Assembly (NCBI GenBank): GCA_963748015.1 | Contig: CAVVHE010000005.1 | Coordinates: forward strand, 544,001 to 608,000 | From: Terriglobia bacterium | GTDB taxonomy: Bacteria > Acidobacteriota > Polarisedimenticolia > Polarisedimenticolales > JAIQFR01 | DNA: 64,000 bases | Reading direction: 5' to 3' | Shown here: positions 18,553 to 29,044 of the stretch, one piece after another | How the letters are laid out: every line of letters begins with the position of its first letter | Numbering within the stretch: the first letter of the stretch is position 1 | Program-made: the position numbers and the translations under genes | Notes under the pieces: generated by a model | Database searches by the model: none | Told to the model about the DNA's origin: nothing | What the model saw: only the letters and a program-made list of their open reading frames with translations

Positions 18553-21294
18553 ATGATGGGACTACTCGCCACACGTGGTGGGCGTGTCGCCGTCCTAGGT
18601 CTTCTCTCCTCCATCTCCGTCGCTGCAGCCCAGCAGACGGTCTACGTGGATGGGGCAAATTGCCCCAATCCCCACCCGGCCAACCCGTACTGCAAGATCC
18701 AGGACGCGATCTGCTACCTGAAGGCCAACAGCCCCGCCGGCGGGACCGTTCTCGTGAGGCCGGGGACCTACGCGGAAGCGATCCGCGTCTTCGCCGGGAT
18801 CAGCGTGGTCTCGACCGACGGCCCGGCGGTCACGACGATCGACGCCACCGGCAAGCCGTGCATCAAGTCGGACTGCACCGTCAACACGGCAACCACGTCC
18901 TGTACCGCGATCCAGTCGTCTTCCGTGGGGGGCGTGGGCCAGACGAGCGCGGACCGGATCGAGGGCTTCCACATCGTCGGCGGCAAGGGGTACGTCTGGA
19001 CGACGACCCCGGTGACCGCCGTCGGTGGCGCGATCTTCGTCTGGGGGAACAGCTCCCCGACGATCACGCGCAACGAGATCGTCGGCAACGCGATCGCGAC
19101 GACGGCCACCAAGGCCTTCTACGGCGGCGGGATCTACGTGGACAGCAACCTCGTCGGAGGAGTCCCTGTCGCGAGACCGGTGATCACCCAGAACTTGATC
19201 GACGGCAACCTCGCCGACCCGCCCGCCGGGTCCGGGAGCAAGAGCTCGTACGGAGTCGGCGGAGGAATCTACTCCGGCCCCGACGCGGCGCCGACCATCG
19301 ACGGCAACACGATCCGCAACAACCGGGCCGGCAACTACGCGACCTCGAACCAGATCGCCAACGGCGGCGGCATCGCGATTTATGGCCGCGCGGCGGCCGG
19401 GGCGACGACGGTGGCCTCGAGAAACCTGATCCAGGCCAATGTCGCCGCCAACTACGGCGGCGGGTTTCATACCACCGGATCCCTGCAGGGGACCGCCTAC
19501 GAGAGCAGCGTGGGTTTCGTCGAGAACAACGTCTTCGACGCGAACGATGCGCCGAACGGCGGCGGCGGCCGCGCCGACACGACGCTGATACGGATCCGGA
19601 ACAACACGTTCGTGAACAACACGGCGAGCTACGGCGGAGCGCTGAACCTCGATCCGGGAAATTCCACCACCGACGTTCCGACCGTGGCGAACAACATCTT
19701 CGCCTCGAACAGCGTCAACACGGCTTCCGGCGGCGGCGGCCTGTTCGTTTTGGGGACGGGGTTCAACCCGGTCGTGCGGTTCAACGATCTTTTCTCGAAC
19801 ACGCCGCAGAACGTCGCGGGGGCCAAGAGCGACGCGAGCTACATCGGGGTGGACGGCAACCTGTCCTTGAATCCCCAGTTCGTGAACAGCGCGGGGAAGG
19901 ACTTCCACCTGCTCACGACGAGCCCGGTGATCGACGTCGGCGAGAACGCGAACGCGCCCGCGGTGGACCGCGACGGCGCCCCGCGCCCGCAGGACGCGCA
20001 CTACCTCGGCACGAACGTCGTGGACATGGGGGCGTACGAGTTCTCGCCGGACTTCGACGGCGACGGGCTCAAGGACTGGCAGGACCCGGACACGGACAAC
20101 GACGGTGTTCTCAACGCGCAGGACTGCGCCCCGCTCAACAAGGGGACGTCGGCGGCGCCGGGCCAGGTGCAGAACACGCTCACGCTGGACAAGACCGGCG
20201 GCGGCAGGCTGAGCTGGGGTCGGGGCATCCAGGGACACGTCTCGAACGTGTACCGGGGCACGAGGGTGTCCGGCCAGGCCTGGGCGTACAACGAGACTTG
20301 CCTGAGCAACGAGATCGCGGGCACCGAGCTGACCGACGCGTCGAATCCCGCCGTCGGGACGACGTACTTCTACCTCGTCAGCGCCAAGAACTTCTGCGGC
20401 GAGAGCGCGTCGGGGAAGGACCAGCTCGGCCTGGACCACTTCTCCTCGCCCGCCTGTGCGGCGGCGAATCGCGACACGGACGGCGACGGGGTCAAGGATC
20501 TGAGCGACAACTGCCCGACGACGGCGAACGCGACGCAGACGGACGCGGACGTGGACGGCGTGGGCGACGCGTGCGACAACTGCCCCGCGGCCGCCAACCC
20601 CGACCAGCTCGATCCCGACGGCGACGGGATCGGGAGCGCGTGCGACAACTGCGCGGCCGTCTCGAACCCGACGCAGACGGACACGGACCAGGACGGCGCA
20701 GGCGACGCGTGCGACAACTGCCCGACCGTTCCCAACCCCGGCCAGCAGGACTCGGTCGGGAACGGCGTCGGCGACGCCTGCCGGTGCCTCACGGTCGTGT
20801 GCACGACCCCGGACGCGTGCCATCTGCCCGGGACCTGTACTCCGACCACGGGGGTCTGCTCGGCTCCGACGACGGTGCCGAACGGAACGGCGTGCAGCGA
20901 CGGGAACGCGTGCACGACGAACGACGCCTGCACGAGCGGGGTCTGTGGCGGCACCCCCGTGGTCGCGCCGGCGGAGGTGGACGACGGCGTTCGCCTGGGC
21001 CGCACCGGCCTCGACACGGTGATCAGCTGGAACCTAGCCGCCGGCGCGACATCGTCCGATCTGCTGCGGGGCCTCGTGAGCGGGCTTCCGGTGGGACCGG
21101 GCGGAGGGGACGAAACCTGTCTGGCTCAAGATGTTACGACGAGCACGCTCGCCGACGGCGAGGACCCGGCGACCGGGGCCGGCTTCTGGTACCTGGTCCG
21201 GGGAGGCAACGCCTGCGCCGGAAAGGGGTCCTACGGCTTCGTGGTGCAGGGCGGCGTGCCCACCCTCGAGCGGTCGAGCGCGACGTGTCCGTGA
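18553..21294 (+). CDS. Short paralog of the preceding exported Cys-rich/TSP3/beta-helix protein
   Basis: Same mature N-terminal region, fewer TSP3 repeats, about one Cys-rich unit, homologous C-terminal module. Confidence 0.88.
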   Translation: MMGLLATRGGRVAVLGLLSSISVAAAQQTVYVDGANCPNPHPANPYCKIQDAICYLKANSPAGGTVLVRPGTYAEAIRVFAGISVVSTDGPAVTTIDATGKPCIKSDCTVNTATTSCTAIQSSSVGGVGQTSADRIEGFHIVGGKGYVWTTTPVTAVGGAIFVWGNSSPTITRNEIVGNAIATTATKAFYGGGIYVDSNLVGGVPVARPVITQNLIDGNLADPPAGSGSKSSYGVGGGIYSGPDAAPTIDGNTIRNNRAGNYATSNQIANGGGIAIYGRAAAGATTVASRNLIQANVAANYGGGFHTTGSLQGTAYESSVGFVENNVFDANDAPNGGGGRADTTLIRIRNNTFVNNTASYGGALNLDPGNSTTDVPTVANNIFASNSVNTASGGGGLFVLGTGFNPVVRFNDLFSNTPQNVAGAKSDASYIGVDGNLSLNPQFVNSAGKDFHLLTTSPVIDVGENANAPAVDRDGAPRPQDAHYLGTNVVDMGAYEFSPDFDGDGLKDWQDPDTDNDGVLNAQDCAPLNKGTSAAPGQVQNTLTLDKTGGGRLSWGRGIQGHVSNVYRGTRVSGQAWAYNETCLSNEIAGTELTDASNPAVGTTYFYLVSAKNFCGESASGKDQLGLDHFSSPACAAANRDTDGDGVKDLSDNCPTTANATQTDADVDGVGDACDNCPAAANPDQLDPDGDGIGSACDNCAAVSNPTQTDTDQDGAGDACDNCPTVPNPGQQDSVGNGVGDACRCLTVVCTTPDACHLPGTCTPTTGVCSAPTTVPNGTACSDGNACTTNDACTSGVCGGTPVVAPAEVDDGVRLGRTGLDTVISWNLAAGATSSDLLRGLVSGLPVGPGGGDETCLAQDVTTSTLADGEDPATGAGFWYLVRGGNACAGKGSYGFVVQGGVPTLERSSATCP
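18625..20708 (+). repeat. Near-identical direct repeat of 13387-15470 (offset 5238)
   Basis: About 2.08 kb with roughly five substitutions seen by eye; 20701-20909 also matches 15670-15878. Confidence 0.95.
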
Positions 21295-21363
21295 CCCCCG
21301 GGAGGCCGCACGGCGATGAGGAGGCGGTCGATCATGACGCGCGGTAACCCCCGCGAACTTCCC

Positions 21364-21525
21364 TTGCACGACGGGGGGTTTCGCCGTATACACATTCCCG
21401 AGGTCGAGACACGGTTGGGATCGAGTGCGCGCGAAGATAGAGCGAAAGCAAGGTGGTCGAGGGACCCGCTGTAGTTAGCGCCGACGAAGATTGGCTTGAC
21501 GATAGAGAGATTGGCCGTATATCTA
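21364..21525 (+). promoter_or_regulatory. Two tandem sigma70-like promoters
   Basis: TTGCAC-17bp-TATACA near 21364 and TTGACG-16bp-TATATC near 21497. Confidence 0.4.
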
Positions 21526-21580
21526 GGTCACTTCGCAGTCATGAGGTTTCTTAACTGGAGGTTCCCGGAGCGGGGAGGTC

Positions 21581-22030
21581 ATGTTTATGAAGAGAGTGAT
21601 TCGGATCGCTTTGATGGCTTTGGTCGCACTCGCAGTGATGGTGCCGGCGCATGCTGCCGGTAAGGTGACTGTCGGCGGATTCCTGACTCAGATCGCCCAC
21701 GTGCAGAACCTGCAGGCCACCGACGGCGCCACCGCCGCGGCGTCGCTCAGGGCTGCCGGGGTCAACCTTCCGGCGCTCGATCTCAATGCTCCTCTGACGG
21801 AGGGGACCGTGGCGCAGGTAGCCGGCAGCCTCGGGCTGACCGTGACCACGAGCAATCCGCAGGCGCCGTTCGGCCAGCCCCAGGTGGACGCGTTCGTGTC
21901 CAGCTTCGGCGACCAGTTCGGCAAGTTCGCCGTCGGCGCACCCACGGTGTCCCCGAACGCCCCGACGTTCGACCCGAAGAGCAAGGGCAAGAAGAAGGGG
22001 CACACCAAGTCCCGCACCGAGCCCGTGTGA
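21581..22030 (+). CDS. Small secreted hypothetical protein with a basic C-terminal tail
   Basis: GGGGAGG RBS; signal peptide ending PAHA-A; tail KSKGKKKGHTKSRTEPV; own terminator. Confidence 0.8.
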   Translation: MFMKRVIRIALMALVALAVMVPAHAAGKVTVGGFLTQIAHVQNLQATDGATAAASLRAAGVNLPALDLNAPLTEGTVAQVAGSLGLTVTTSNPQAPFGQPQVDAFVSSFGDQFGKFAVGAPTVSPNAPTFDPKSKGKKKGHTKSRTEPV

Positions 22031-22102
22031 GGTCGTAAGGCGCCGTAGCGCCGGTTCGAGCGATCCGGCTGTGTCAGCGGACCCGTTCCGGCGGAAACCT
22101 CG

Positions 22103-22143
22103 GAAGACCGCCACCGCTTCGAGCGGTGGCGGTTTTCTTTTTT
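22103..22143 (+). terminator. Rho-independent terminator
   Basis: ACCGCCACCGCT-TCG-AGCGGTGGCGGT followed by TTTCTTTTTT. Confidence 0.88.
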
Positions 22144-22159
22144 CGGAGAAGACCGTTTG

Positions 22160-24715
22160 ATGCCGAAAATGGGCGCCGGCCGCGCGGGTATTTACCTTCT
22201 CTTCTTCATTTCGGGAGCCACGAGCCTCGTCTACGAAGTGCTCTGGCTTCGCGAGTTGATACTCGTCCTCGGCTCGACGCTGTTCGCGACCAGCGCCGTT
22301 CTCACCGCGTTCATGGGGGGGCTCGCTCTCGGATCGCTCTCCGCGGGACGCTGGATCGACCGAGCTTCCTCGGCCCCTCTCCGGATCTACGGGTTGCTCG
22401 AGATCGGCATCGGCGCGTACGCCCTCGCCGTCCCGTTTCTCTTCCGGCTCCTGACCCCGGTTTATGCCGCCCTCTGGAGCGCCGGGGGCGAGAATTCGTT
22501 CGTCCTCTTCAGCCTCGCCAAGACCGCGGTGATCCTGGTGGTGCTGCTGCCTCCCACCTTCCTTATGGGCGCGAGCCTCCCGGTATTGGCCCGGCAGATC
22601 GCGGGCGACCCCGACCGGGTCGGCGGAGAGGTCGGCGCCCTTTACGCCACCAACACGTTCGGCGCGATGGCCGGGACGTTTCTCGCGGGGGTCGTCGCGA
22701 TTCCCGCACTCGGCGTCCGGCACACGCTCTGGACGACCGCGCTGGTCAACGTCATCGTCGGGGCTTGCGCCCTCGCCCTGGCTCGCCGCTTCGCCGCGCC
22801 CGCCGATTCCCCTCGCGCCGCGGCGCGCGAGGCCGCGCCGGCTCGCGGGCGCACGAGGCTCGCGCTGGCGCTGTTCGCGGTGTCGGGATTCGCGGCGATG
22901 CTCCTGGAGGTGGCCTGGACCCGCGGCCTCGCGCTCGTCGTCGGCAGCTCGGTGTACGCTTTTTCCCTGATGCTCCTCGCGTTCCTCACGGGGCTCGCCG
23001 CCGGAAGTGCGACGTTCTCCGCGTGGCTCAGGAAACGGCCGGATCTCGACCCGGGCGCGCTCGTCGCCGGGCTACTGGGGGCTTCCGGAATCCTCGCGTA
23101 CGCCACGGCCTTCCTATTCCAGGGCATGCCGAAACTCTTCGCGGACATCTACTTCGGAGGCGGGCTCGGCCCGAACGCGTGGCTCGCGGTCCAGTTCCTC
23201 ATCGGGTTCGCGGTGATGTTCCCGGCGACCTTCGCCCTGGGCGGGATCTTCCCCTCGGTGCTCCAGCTCCACGCGAGAGGACTCGACCGCGTCGGATCTT
23301 CGGTGGGATCGGTGTATGCGGCCAACACGGTGGGAACGATCGTCGGGTCCGCCACCGCCGGGTTTGCGGTGGTCCCCCTCCTCGGCGTCCGGAATACCCT
23401 TCTCGCGGTGGCCCTCGCCGAGGTCCTGCTCGGGCTCGTCGCCGCGCTTTGGCTGAAGCCGGACGGCGCCCGCACGCGCTGGGCCCTCGTGTTCCCGCTC
23501 GTGGCCGCGGCGGCGACGATCCCCTGGGTTCGCCCGCAGTGGGACACGCTGATCATGAACAGCGGGGTGTACCTCAACGTCGTCGATCTCCCCGAGGATT
23601 CGAACGGGGACGAGTTCGTGCGCCTCGTGGCGGCGAACAACCGCGTGGTTTTCGTCAAGGAGGGGTTGACGGCGTCCGTGATGGTGGCGGAACAGCCGGC
23701 GGTCAACAATCGTTTCCTCGCTGTGAACGGCAAGGTCGAGGCGTCCACCGCCGGCGACATGGAGACGCAGCTGATGTGCGCCCACCTGCCGCTCATTCTG
23801 CACCCGGCGCCGCGCGACGTGCTGGTGATCGGACTGGCGAGCGGGATCACCTCGGGCGCGGTCGCAACGCACCCCGTCCGGAGCATCCGCGTGGTGGAGA
23901 TCGAGGCCGCGATGATTCCCGCGGCGCGCCGGTTCGACTCGGTCAACGGCGGCGTTCTCGACGATCCCCGGCTGACGCTGACGATCAACGACGCGCGGAA
24001 CGAGCTCACCTTCTCCTCGCGGCGCTACGACGTGGTGGTCTCGGAGCCCTCGAACCCGTGGATGACGGTGGCGTCGAACCTGTTCACGGAGGAGTTCTTC
24101 CGGCTCGCGCGGGAGCGCCTGAACCCGTCGGGGATCTTCTCGCAGTGGATACAAACGTACGGGCTCGCCACCGAGGACCTGCGGTCGATCGTCGCCGCGT
24201 TCCACGCCGCCTTCCCGAACACGATGCTGTTCGAGACCTTCGAGGGAACCGACCTGCTCCTGCTCGGATCCGACGCGCCGATCGTGCTCGACCTCGAAAG
24301 GATGGGGCGGCGGATGTCGGAGCTCAGGGTATGGGCCGACCTCGGCCGCGTCCGCGTCCGGCGGCCGGCCGACGTCCTCCCGCTGTTCCGTCTCGGCACG
24401 GCGGAGGTGACGCGTCTCGTCGCCGGCGCCCCGCGCAACACCGACGACAACGCCCGTGTCGAGTTCTCCGCGCCGAAGTCGCTGTACGAGGACACCTCGG
24501 ATCCGACGCTCGCCTACATCGAGCGCTTCGCTGTTTCCCCTCTCGAGTACGTCGCCCCGGCCCCGGTGAGCACGGACGGCCGGGACCGGCTGAGGGTGCA
24601 GCTCGTCGCCGCGTGGCTGGCCCGGGAGCAGCGGGAGCGGGCGCAGGGCATCGTCGCCCAGATCGCCCCGGGACCGCTCCGGGACGAGGCCGAGCGGCTG
24701 CTAGGCCCTCCCTAG
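22160..24715 (+). CDS. Fused MFS-like membrane domain and spermidine synthase-like SAM-dependent domain
   Basis: About 13 TM segments (SGATSLVYEVLWLREL, LYATNTFGA); VLVIGLASGIT, VVEIE, YDVVVSEPSNPW. Confidence 0.88.
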   Translation: MPKMGAGRAGIYLLFFISGATSLVYEVLWLRELILVLGSTLFATSAVLTAFMGGLALGSLSAGRWIDRASSAPLRIYGLLEIGIGAYALAVPFLFRLLTPVYAALWSAGGENSFVLFSLAKTAVILVVLLPPTFLMGASLPVLARQIAGDPDRVGGEVGALYATNTFGAMAGTFLAGVVAIPALGVRHTLWTTALVNVIVGACALALARRFAAPADSPRAAAREAAPARGRTRLALALFAVSGFAAMLLEVAWTRGLALVVGSSVYAFSLMLLAFLTGLAAGSATFSAWLRKRPDLDPGALVAGLLGASGILAYATAFLFQGMPKLFADIYFGGGLGPNAWLAVQFLIGFAVMFPATFALGGIFPSVLQLHARGLDRVGSSVGSVYAANTVGTIVGSATAGFAVVPLLGVRNTLLAVALAEVLLGLVAALWLKPDGARTRWALVFPLVAAAATIPWVRPQWDTLIMNSGVYLNVVDLPEDSNGDEFVRLVAANNRVVFVKEGLTASVMVAEQPAVNNRFLAVNGKVEASTAGDMETQLMCAHLPLILHPAPRDVLVIGLASGITSGAVATHPVRSIRVVEIEAAMIPAARRFDSVNGGVLDDPRLTLTINDARNELTFSSRRYDVVVSEPSNPWMTVASNLFTEEFFRLARERLNPSGIFSQWIQTYGLATEDLRSIVAAFHAAFPNTMLFETFEGTDLLLLGSDAPIVLDLERMGRRMSELRVWADLGRVRVRRPADVLPLFRLGTAEVTRLVAGAPRNTDDNARVEFSAPKSLYEDTSDPTLAYIERFAVSPLEYVAPAPVSTDGRDRLRVQLVAAWLAREQRERAQGIVAQIAPGPLRDEAERLLGPP

Positions 24716-24946
24716 GGGACGGCGGGACCGGGGGGGCCCCCCTCCTCCCGGCGGACCCGCCGGACCGGCCCGTGGACTCGCCGATCCCCCGCCGGACCGA
24801 GCCTAGCGCCTCGGACACCGTCCGGCCACGGGGGGCTGCGGTTGTGTCACCGCAGGAGTTCGACTATAGTTTTCGGCTCCGGTGCCCGGACGCGGTATCT
24901 TCCGAAGCTCGCAAACGTGGAGTTTTCCTCGGAGGGGGCTCGAGCC

Positions 24947-25837
24947 ATGAGGTTCAACTGGAAGCTCGCGACGATCGCGATCACGTTGCTGCCCCTGGTG
25001 GCCGCGACGGGCTGCACCGGCGACAAGGTGATGCAGCCGGGTAACGGCCAACTCGAGCTGCAACTGGTCGTCGAGCCCGCGGTCGGACCGCGTGAGGATT
25101 CGAAGCCCCCGTACAACTACGCGAAGCTGAACCTCGCCGCCGTGACCTTCAAGCCCACCGACCCGCTCGCCCCGATCTCCTTGGGTCCCTACCCCCTGCA
25201 GATCCTGCTCGAGCCCGTGCTGGCCCAGATGGAGAGCAGCGGGACGCAATCGCTAGGGACGATCCAGATCAGCGCCGGCTCCTATGTGATGGACAAGGTC
25301 TTCGTCAATGGCTTCGACGTGAACGCCTCCGTGTACTGCAGCGTGACCACGATCCTTGAATGTCAGACGGACGCGGACTGCCCCACGATGCATTGCAGCG
25401 ACGACGCGACGAAGGCCTGCACGGAGAATTCCGGTTGCGGCCCGACGTGCCAGAACAGTTTCTGCAGCGACGACGGCACGAAGGCCTGCCTTCAGGACTC
25501 GGACTGCGGCCCGACGTGCCAGAACAGCCCCGAGACGTGCAGCACGACGGGTTTGCCGCCCATCACGAACATCGCCCGTTGCTTCGACGGCGTGCTGATG
25601 TCCGCGAACTTCCTGGTCGCCGGCGGAAGCCAGGAAAAGGGCATCGTTCCCACGAGCCAGCCGGTCTTCGAGATCCGCGCCGGAGAGGTCACCCGCCTGC
25701 GCGTGGTGCTCGACGGCGCCACCCTGACGACGGACATGGAGCAACACGCCACCTGCAGCACGACCACGAACGGCGCGACGCTGACCGCCTTCACGGCGGC
25801 GGAGCTCGGGCCGCTAGTCTCCGTCCAGCTGCCCTAG
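24947..25837 (+). CDS. Putative lipoprotein with duplicated Cys-rich motif
   Basis: GGAGG RBS; lipobox-like AATGC; CSDD.TKAC...CGPTCQNS twice (69 bp repeat). Confidence 0.7.
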   Translation: MRFNWKLATIAITLLPLVAATGCTGDKVMQPGNGQLELQLVVEPAVGPREDSKPPYNYAKLNLAAVTFKPTDPLAPISLGPYPLQILLEPVLAQMESSGTQSLGTIQISAGSYVMDKVFVNGFDVNASVYCSVTTILECQTDADCPTMHCSDDATKACTENSGCGPTCQNSFCSDDGTKACLQDSDCGPTCQNSPETCSTTGLPPITNIARCFDGVLMSANFLVAGGSQEKGIVPTSQPVFEIRAGEVTRLRVVLDGATLTTDMEQHATCSTTTNGATLTAFTAAELGPLVSVQLP

Positions 25838-25850
25838 GGCGTTTCGCGCG

Positions 25851-26690
25851 ATGCTCGCCCGCCGGTTCCGGGCGCCGCTCCTCGTCATGCTGGCGGTCGG
25901 CCTGTGCGCTTGCTCGTCATCGGGAACGGTTTACCCGCCGAACGGAACCGTCGCGCTGGACATCCGCGACCCGGGTCTGGGCTCGCAGACCGCAGCGGCG
26001 CGGTCCCGGCAGGAAGTGCGCTGGACGCTGCTCTCCGCCAACGCGACCATCGAGGGCTTCGGCACCTACGAATACCTCGCCGTCTCGCCCTGCACGTTCG
26101 CGGCCAACGTGTTCCTGAGCCCGACCCTCCAGAGGGTCTGCGGCGGATCGGGGATCGTCCTCGGCGCCCCGGGGCCGAGAAAAGCGACCGTGCAGCTGGT
26201 GATCTCCGCGATGGAGGCGCGCCAGGCGTACCGCCCGGATCTTCCTGCCGCGGGCGACTACGACGGCGACGGCGTTTCGAACGGGCTGGACAACTGCCCC
26301 CTCATCGCGAACCCCGACCAGATCTTCTACCCCGGCCAGAGCACGGGGGCCGCGTGCACGTATTCCGACCCCCTGTCCGGCGGCGTCTATGTCGACAACG
26401 ACGGGGACCTCGTGGACGACGACTTCGACACCTGCGCCTGGGTCCGGAACGTGGCGCAGACGGACTCGAATTCCGACGGGATCGGAGACGCCTGCGAGCA
26501 GATCGCGCGCGTGGTCCTCGGGCCCGGGCCGGTGACGATCACCCTCCCCTCCGTGACGATCAACGTGAGCCCGAACGCCGCGGTGAGGCTGGTCGTGCAG
26601 TTCGACGACCGGGTGACGCTCGTCGGATGCGATCCTTCGTTCACGCGGTGCTACCTGAATCCGGACGCGATCGTCGTCAAGGTCCTGTGA
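25851..26690 (+). CDS. Putative lipoprotein with thrombospondin type-3 repeats
   Basis: Lipobox-like LCAC; DYDGDGVSNGLDNCP, DSNSDGIGDAC. Confidence 0.75.
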   Translation: MLARRFRAPLLVMLAVGLCACSSSGTVYPPNGTVALDIRDPGLGSQTAAARSRQEVRWTLLSANATIEGFGTYEYLAVSPCTFAANVFLSPTLQRVCGGSGIVLGAPGPRKATVQLVISAMEARQAYRPDLPAAGDYDGDGVSNGLDNCPLIANPDQIFYPGQSTGAACTYSDPLSGGVYVDNDGDLVDDDFDTCAWVRNVAQTDSNSDGIGDACEQIARVVLGPGPVTITLPSVTINVSPNAAVRLVVQFDDRVTLVGCDPSFTRCYLNPDAIVVKVL

Positions 26691-27841
26691 CCGCGCAGGA
26701 CGACCGGCTCCGCCGCCTCGCCCGCGAGGTGAACTCGCTCGGCGGCGACGCATCGCTCTCTCCCGTCGCGCGCGATCCCGGCGGGAAGCTACGCCTCGAT
26801 CTCCTCCTGGCGCGCGCGGCGGAGATCCGCGCCTCCGATCTCCTGCTGGTCCCCGGGGTGCCCCCCGTGGCCCGGGTGGACGGGCGGCTCCTGGCGATCG
26901 ATCCCGAGCGGCTCGACGATCGCGGGACCGCCGCCCTGATCGGCGAGGTGCTCGAGGAGCGCTGGGCCAAGGTGCTCGAGGAGCGGAAGGCGGCGGACTT
27001 CGGATTCGACCGGCCGGGGCTCGGGCGCTACCGCTGCAACGTCCATCACCAGCGGGGATCTCTCGCGGCCGCCATTCGCGCCCTTCCGGCGGCGATCCCG
27101 GGCCTCGACGCGCTCGGGCTCCCGCAGGTCCTGACCCGCTTCGCCGCGCTCGAGCGGGGCCTCGTGCTCGCCTGCGGCCCGGCGGGATGCGGGAAGTCCA
27201 CGACGCTCGCCGCGATCGTGGACATCGTGAACCGCACGCGGAACGCGCACGTGATCACCATCGAGGACCCGATCGAGTACGTGCACGCGCACGGCACGAG
27301 CATCGTGGAGCAGGTCGAGGTGGGGCTCGACACCCTTTCGTTCGGCGATGCGCTGCGACACGCGCTGAGGCAGGATCCGGACGTGATCCTCGTCGGCGAG
27401 ATGCGCGACCGGGAGACGATCGCCCTGGCGCTCACCGCCGCCGAGACCGGGCACCTCGTGCTCTCGACGCTTCACACGGGCACGACGGCGCAGACGCTCG
27501 ACCGGATCGTGGACGTCTTCCCCGAGGACCAGCAGCCCCAGGTGCGCGCTCAGCTGGCCCTCTCGCTCGCGGGGATCGTGCACCAGCAGCTGCTTCCCAG
27601 GAGCGACGGTCCCGGACGGGTACCGGCCGTCGAGGTGCTGCTGGCCAACGATGCGGTCCGCAACCTCGTTCGCCGAGGGATGAACCACCAGATCCCGGCG
27701 CAGGTGACCATGGGACGAACGGCCGGTATGCTCCCGATGGACGAGTCGCTCGCGCGGCTGGTCAAGACGGGCACGGTCGCTCGCGACGAGGCGCTGCGCC
27801 GCGTCGCGCATCCCGACGAGTTCGAGAGCCTGCTGCGCTAG
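26687..27841 (+). CDS. pilT: Type IV pilus retraction ATPase, PilT/PilU family
   Basis: GPAGCGKST, ITIEDPIEY, LRQDPDVILVGEMRD, TGHLVLSTLHT, AVRNLVR. Confidence 0.9.
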   Translation: MTAQDDRLRRLAREVNSLGGDASLSPVARDPGGKLRLDLLLARAAEIRASDLLLVPGVPPVARVDGRLLAIDPERLDDRGTAALIGEVLEERWAKVLEERKAADFGFDRPGLGRYRCNVHHQRGSLAAAIRALPAAIPGLDALGLPQVLTRFAALERGLVLACGPAGCGKSTTLAAIVDIVNRTRNAHVITIEDPIEYVHAHGTSIVEQVEVGLDTLSFGDALRHALRQDPDVILVGEMRDRETIALALTAAETGHLVLSTLHTGTTAQTLDRIVDVFPEDQQPQVRAQLALSLAGIVHQQLLPRSDGPGRVPAVEVLLANDAVRNLVRRGMNHQIPAQVTMGRTAGMLPMDESLARLVKTGTVARDEALRRVAHPDEFESLLR

Positions 27842-27848
27842 GGCTGGA

Positions 27849-28481
27849 TCAAGCCCGCATCGGCTGCTTGCGGCGGCGAGGCTTCGACGCCGCGCTCTGC
27901 TGGAGCACCGAGTCGATGAAAGCCGTCAGCACCGAGGGCTCCACCGGCTTCGCGAAGCAGCGGATCGCGCCGCACTCGAGGATGCGTGCCTCGGTCTCCG
28001 GCGTGTAGTAGCCGGTCATCGCGATCACGACGGTCGCCGAGGAATCCGGGTCGGCCTTGATGGCCCTCGAGACCTGGAAGCCGTCCATTCCCGGCATCCT
28101 GAGGTCCAGCAGGACCACGTCCGGACGGAAGGTTGCCACGAGACGTCCCGCTTCGAAGCCGTCCGCCGCGGTCGTCACCTCGTAGGGCCGGAGGCGCGTG
28201 GACATGTGCTCCGCGACCACGTCCCGGATCCCCGCGTCGTCGTCCACGACGAGCACCTTGGGGCGCCCGGACCCTTCCCGCAGCGCGTCCGGGATCGGGA
28301 TCCCGTTCTCGCGCATGAAACGTAGCAGGTCTTCCTTCCGGATCCGCCGGTGCCCTCCCGGCGTCCGGAAGGCGGGGAGCCTCCCCGCGTTCACCCAGTT
28401 GATGATCGAGAGGGGCGAAACGTGACAGAGCTTCGCCGCCTCGAAGGTCGTGAAAACTGCCTTGTCGTTTTTGTCGTTCAT
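27849..28481 (-). CDS. Response regulator with excisionase-like HTH and receiver domain
   Basis: FTTFEAAKLCHVS...RTPGGHRRI; VLVVDDD, LLDLRMPGMDG, KP. Confidence 0.9.
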   Translation of the reverse strand: MNDKNDKAVFTTFEAAKLCHVSPLSIINWVNAGRLPAFRTPGGHRRIRKEDLLRFMRENGIPIPDALREGSGRPKVLVVDDDAGIRDVVAEHMSTRLRPYEVTTAADGFEAGRLVATFRPDVVLLDLRMPGMDGFQVSRAIKADPDSSATVVIAMTGYYTPETEARILECGAIRCFAKPVEPSVLTAFIDSVLQQSAASKPRRRKQPMRA

Positions 28482-28516
28482 TCCTTCCGCCTGGAACAAT
28501 TCCAAGAATTTGAATC

Positions 28517-28555
28517 TTACACCTTCAATATGTATCGACTTGGCGGGCAAGTCAA
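28517..28555 (-). promoter_or_regulatory. Promoter with a palindrome spanning the -35 and spacer
   Basis: Minus strand TTGACT-17bp-CATATT; GACTTG-N5-CAAGTC. Confidence 0.5.
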
Positions 28556-28762
28556 GGGGTCGAATCGGCGAACCGCCTGCGTCGCTTCGCTTCGCGCGAC
28601 GGCATCCTCCGCCGCCGCCCGCAGCCGGGACGCATCATCGCGTTCGTGCTATCGTGGCCCGACCACGGTTTCCGTGGCAGGTTTCCTCCGCACACGGACC
28701 GCCCTCTTGGCTGGGGACACCTGCAGCCGGAGGGGCGCGCGGTCGTGGTGCTTGGGTCGATC

Positions 28763-29044
28763 ATGCCGACTTCCGAGCCGGTTCCGCAGGCCAAGAGCAC
28801 GCAGGGGTCAGGCGGAAAGGCCCATCCCCTCATCGCGGTCAAGGTCTCCTGGTGCAAGGGATGCGGTCTTTGCGTCGAGTACTGCAATCGCGATGTGCTC
28901 GAGATGCAGGGTACGGTCCCGCAGGTCGTTCACGCGGAGAGGTGCAGCCGCTGCCTCCAATGCGAGGCGATCTGCCCCGACTTCGCCATCGAGGTGAAGG
29001 AGGGCGCCGTGGAGGCGTCCCCGGCGGAAAGCGAGCCGCGATGA
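28763..29044 (+). CDS. 2x[4Fe-4S] ferredoxin, delta subunit of 2-oxoacid:ferredoxin oxidoreductase
   Basis: CKGCGLCVEYC and CSRCLQCEAICPDFAI. Confidence 0.9.
   Translation: MPTSEPVPQAKSTQGSGGKAHPLIAVKVSWCKGCGLCVEYCNRDVLEMQGTVPQVVHAERCSRCLQCEAICPDFAIEVKEGAVEASPAESEPR

Noticed and set aside
13387..20909. Diversity-generating retroelement template/variable repeat pair
   Set aside because: The repeat is over 2 kb, both copies are coding, the few differences are not adenine-specific, and no reverse transcriptase is in the window
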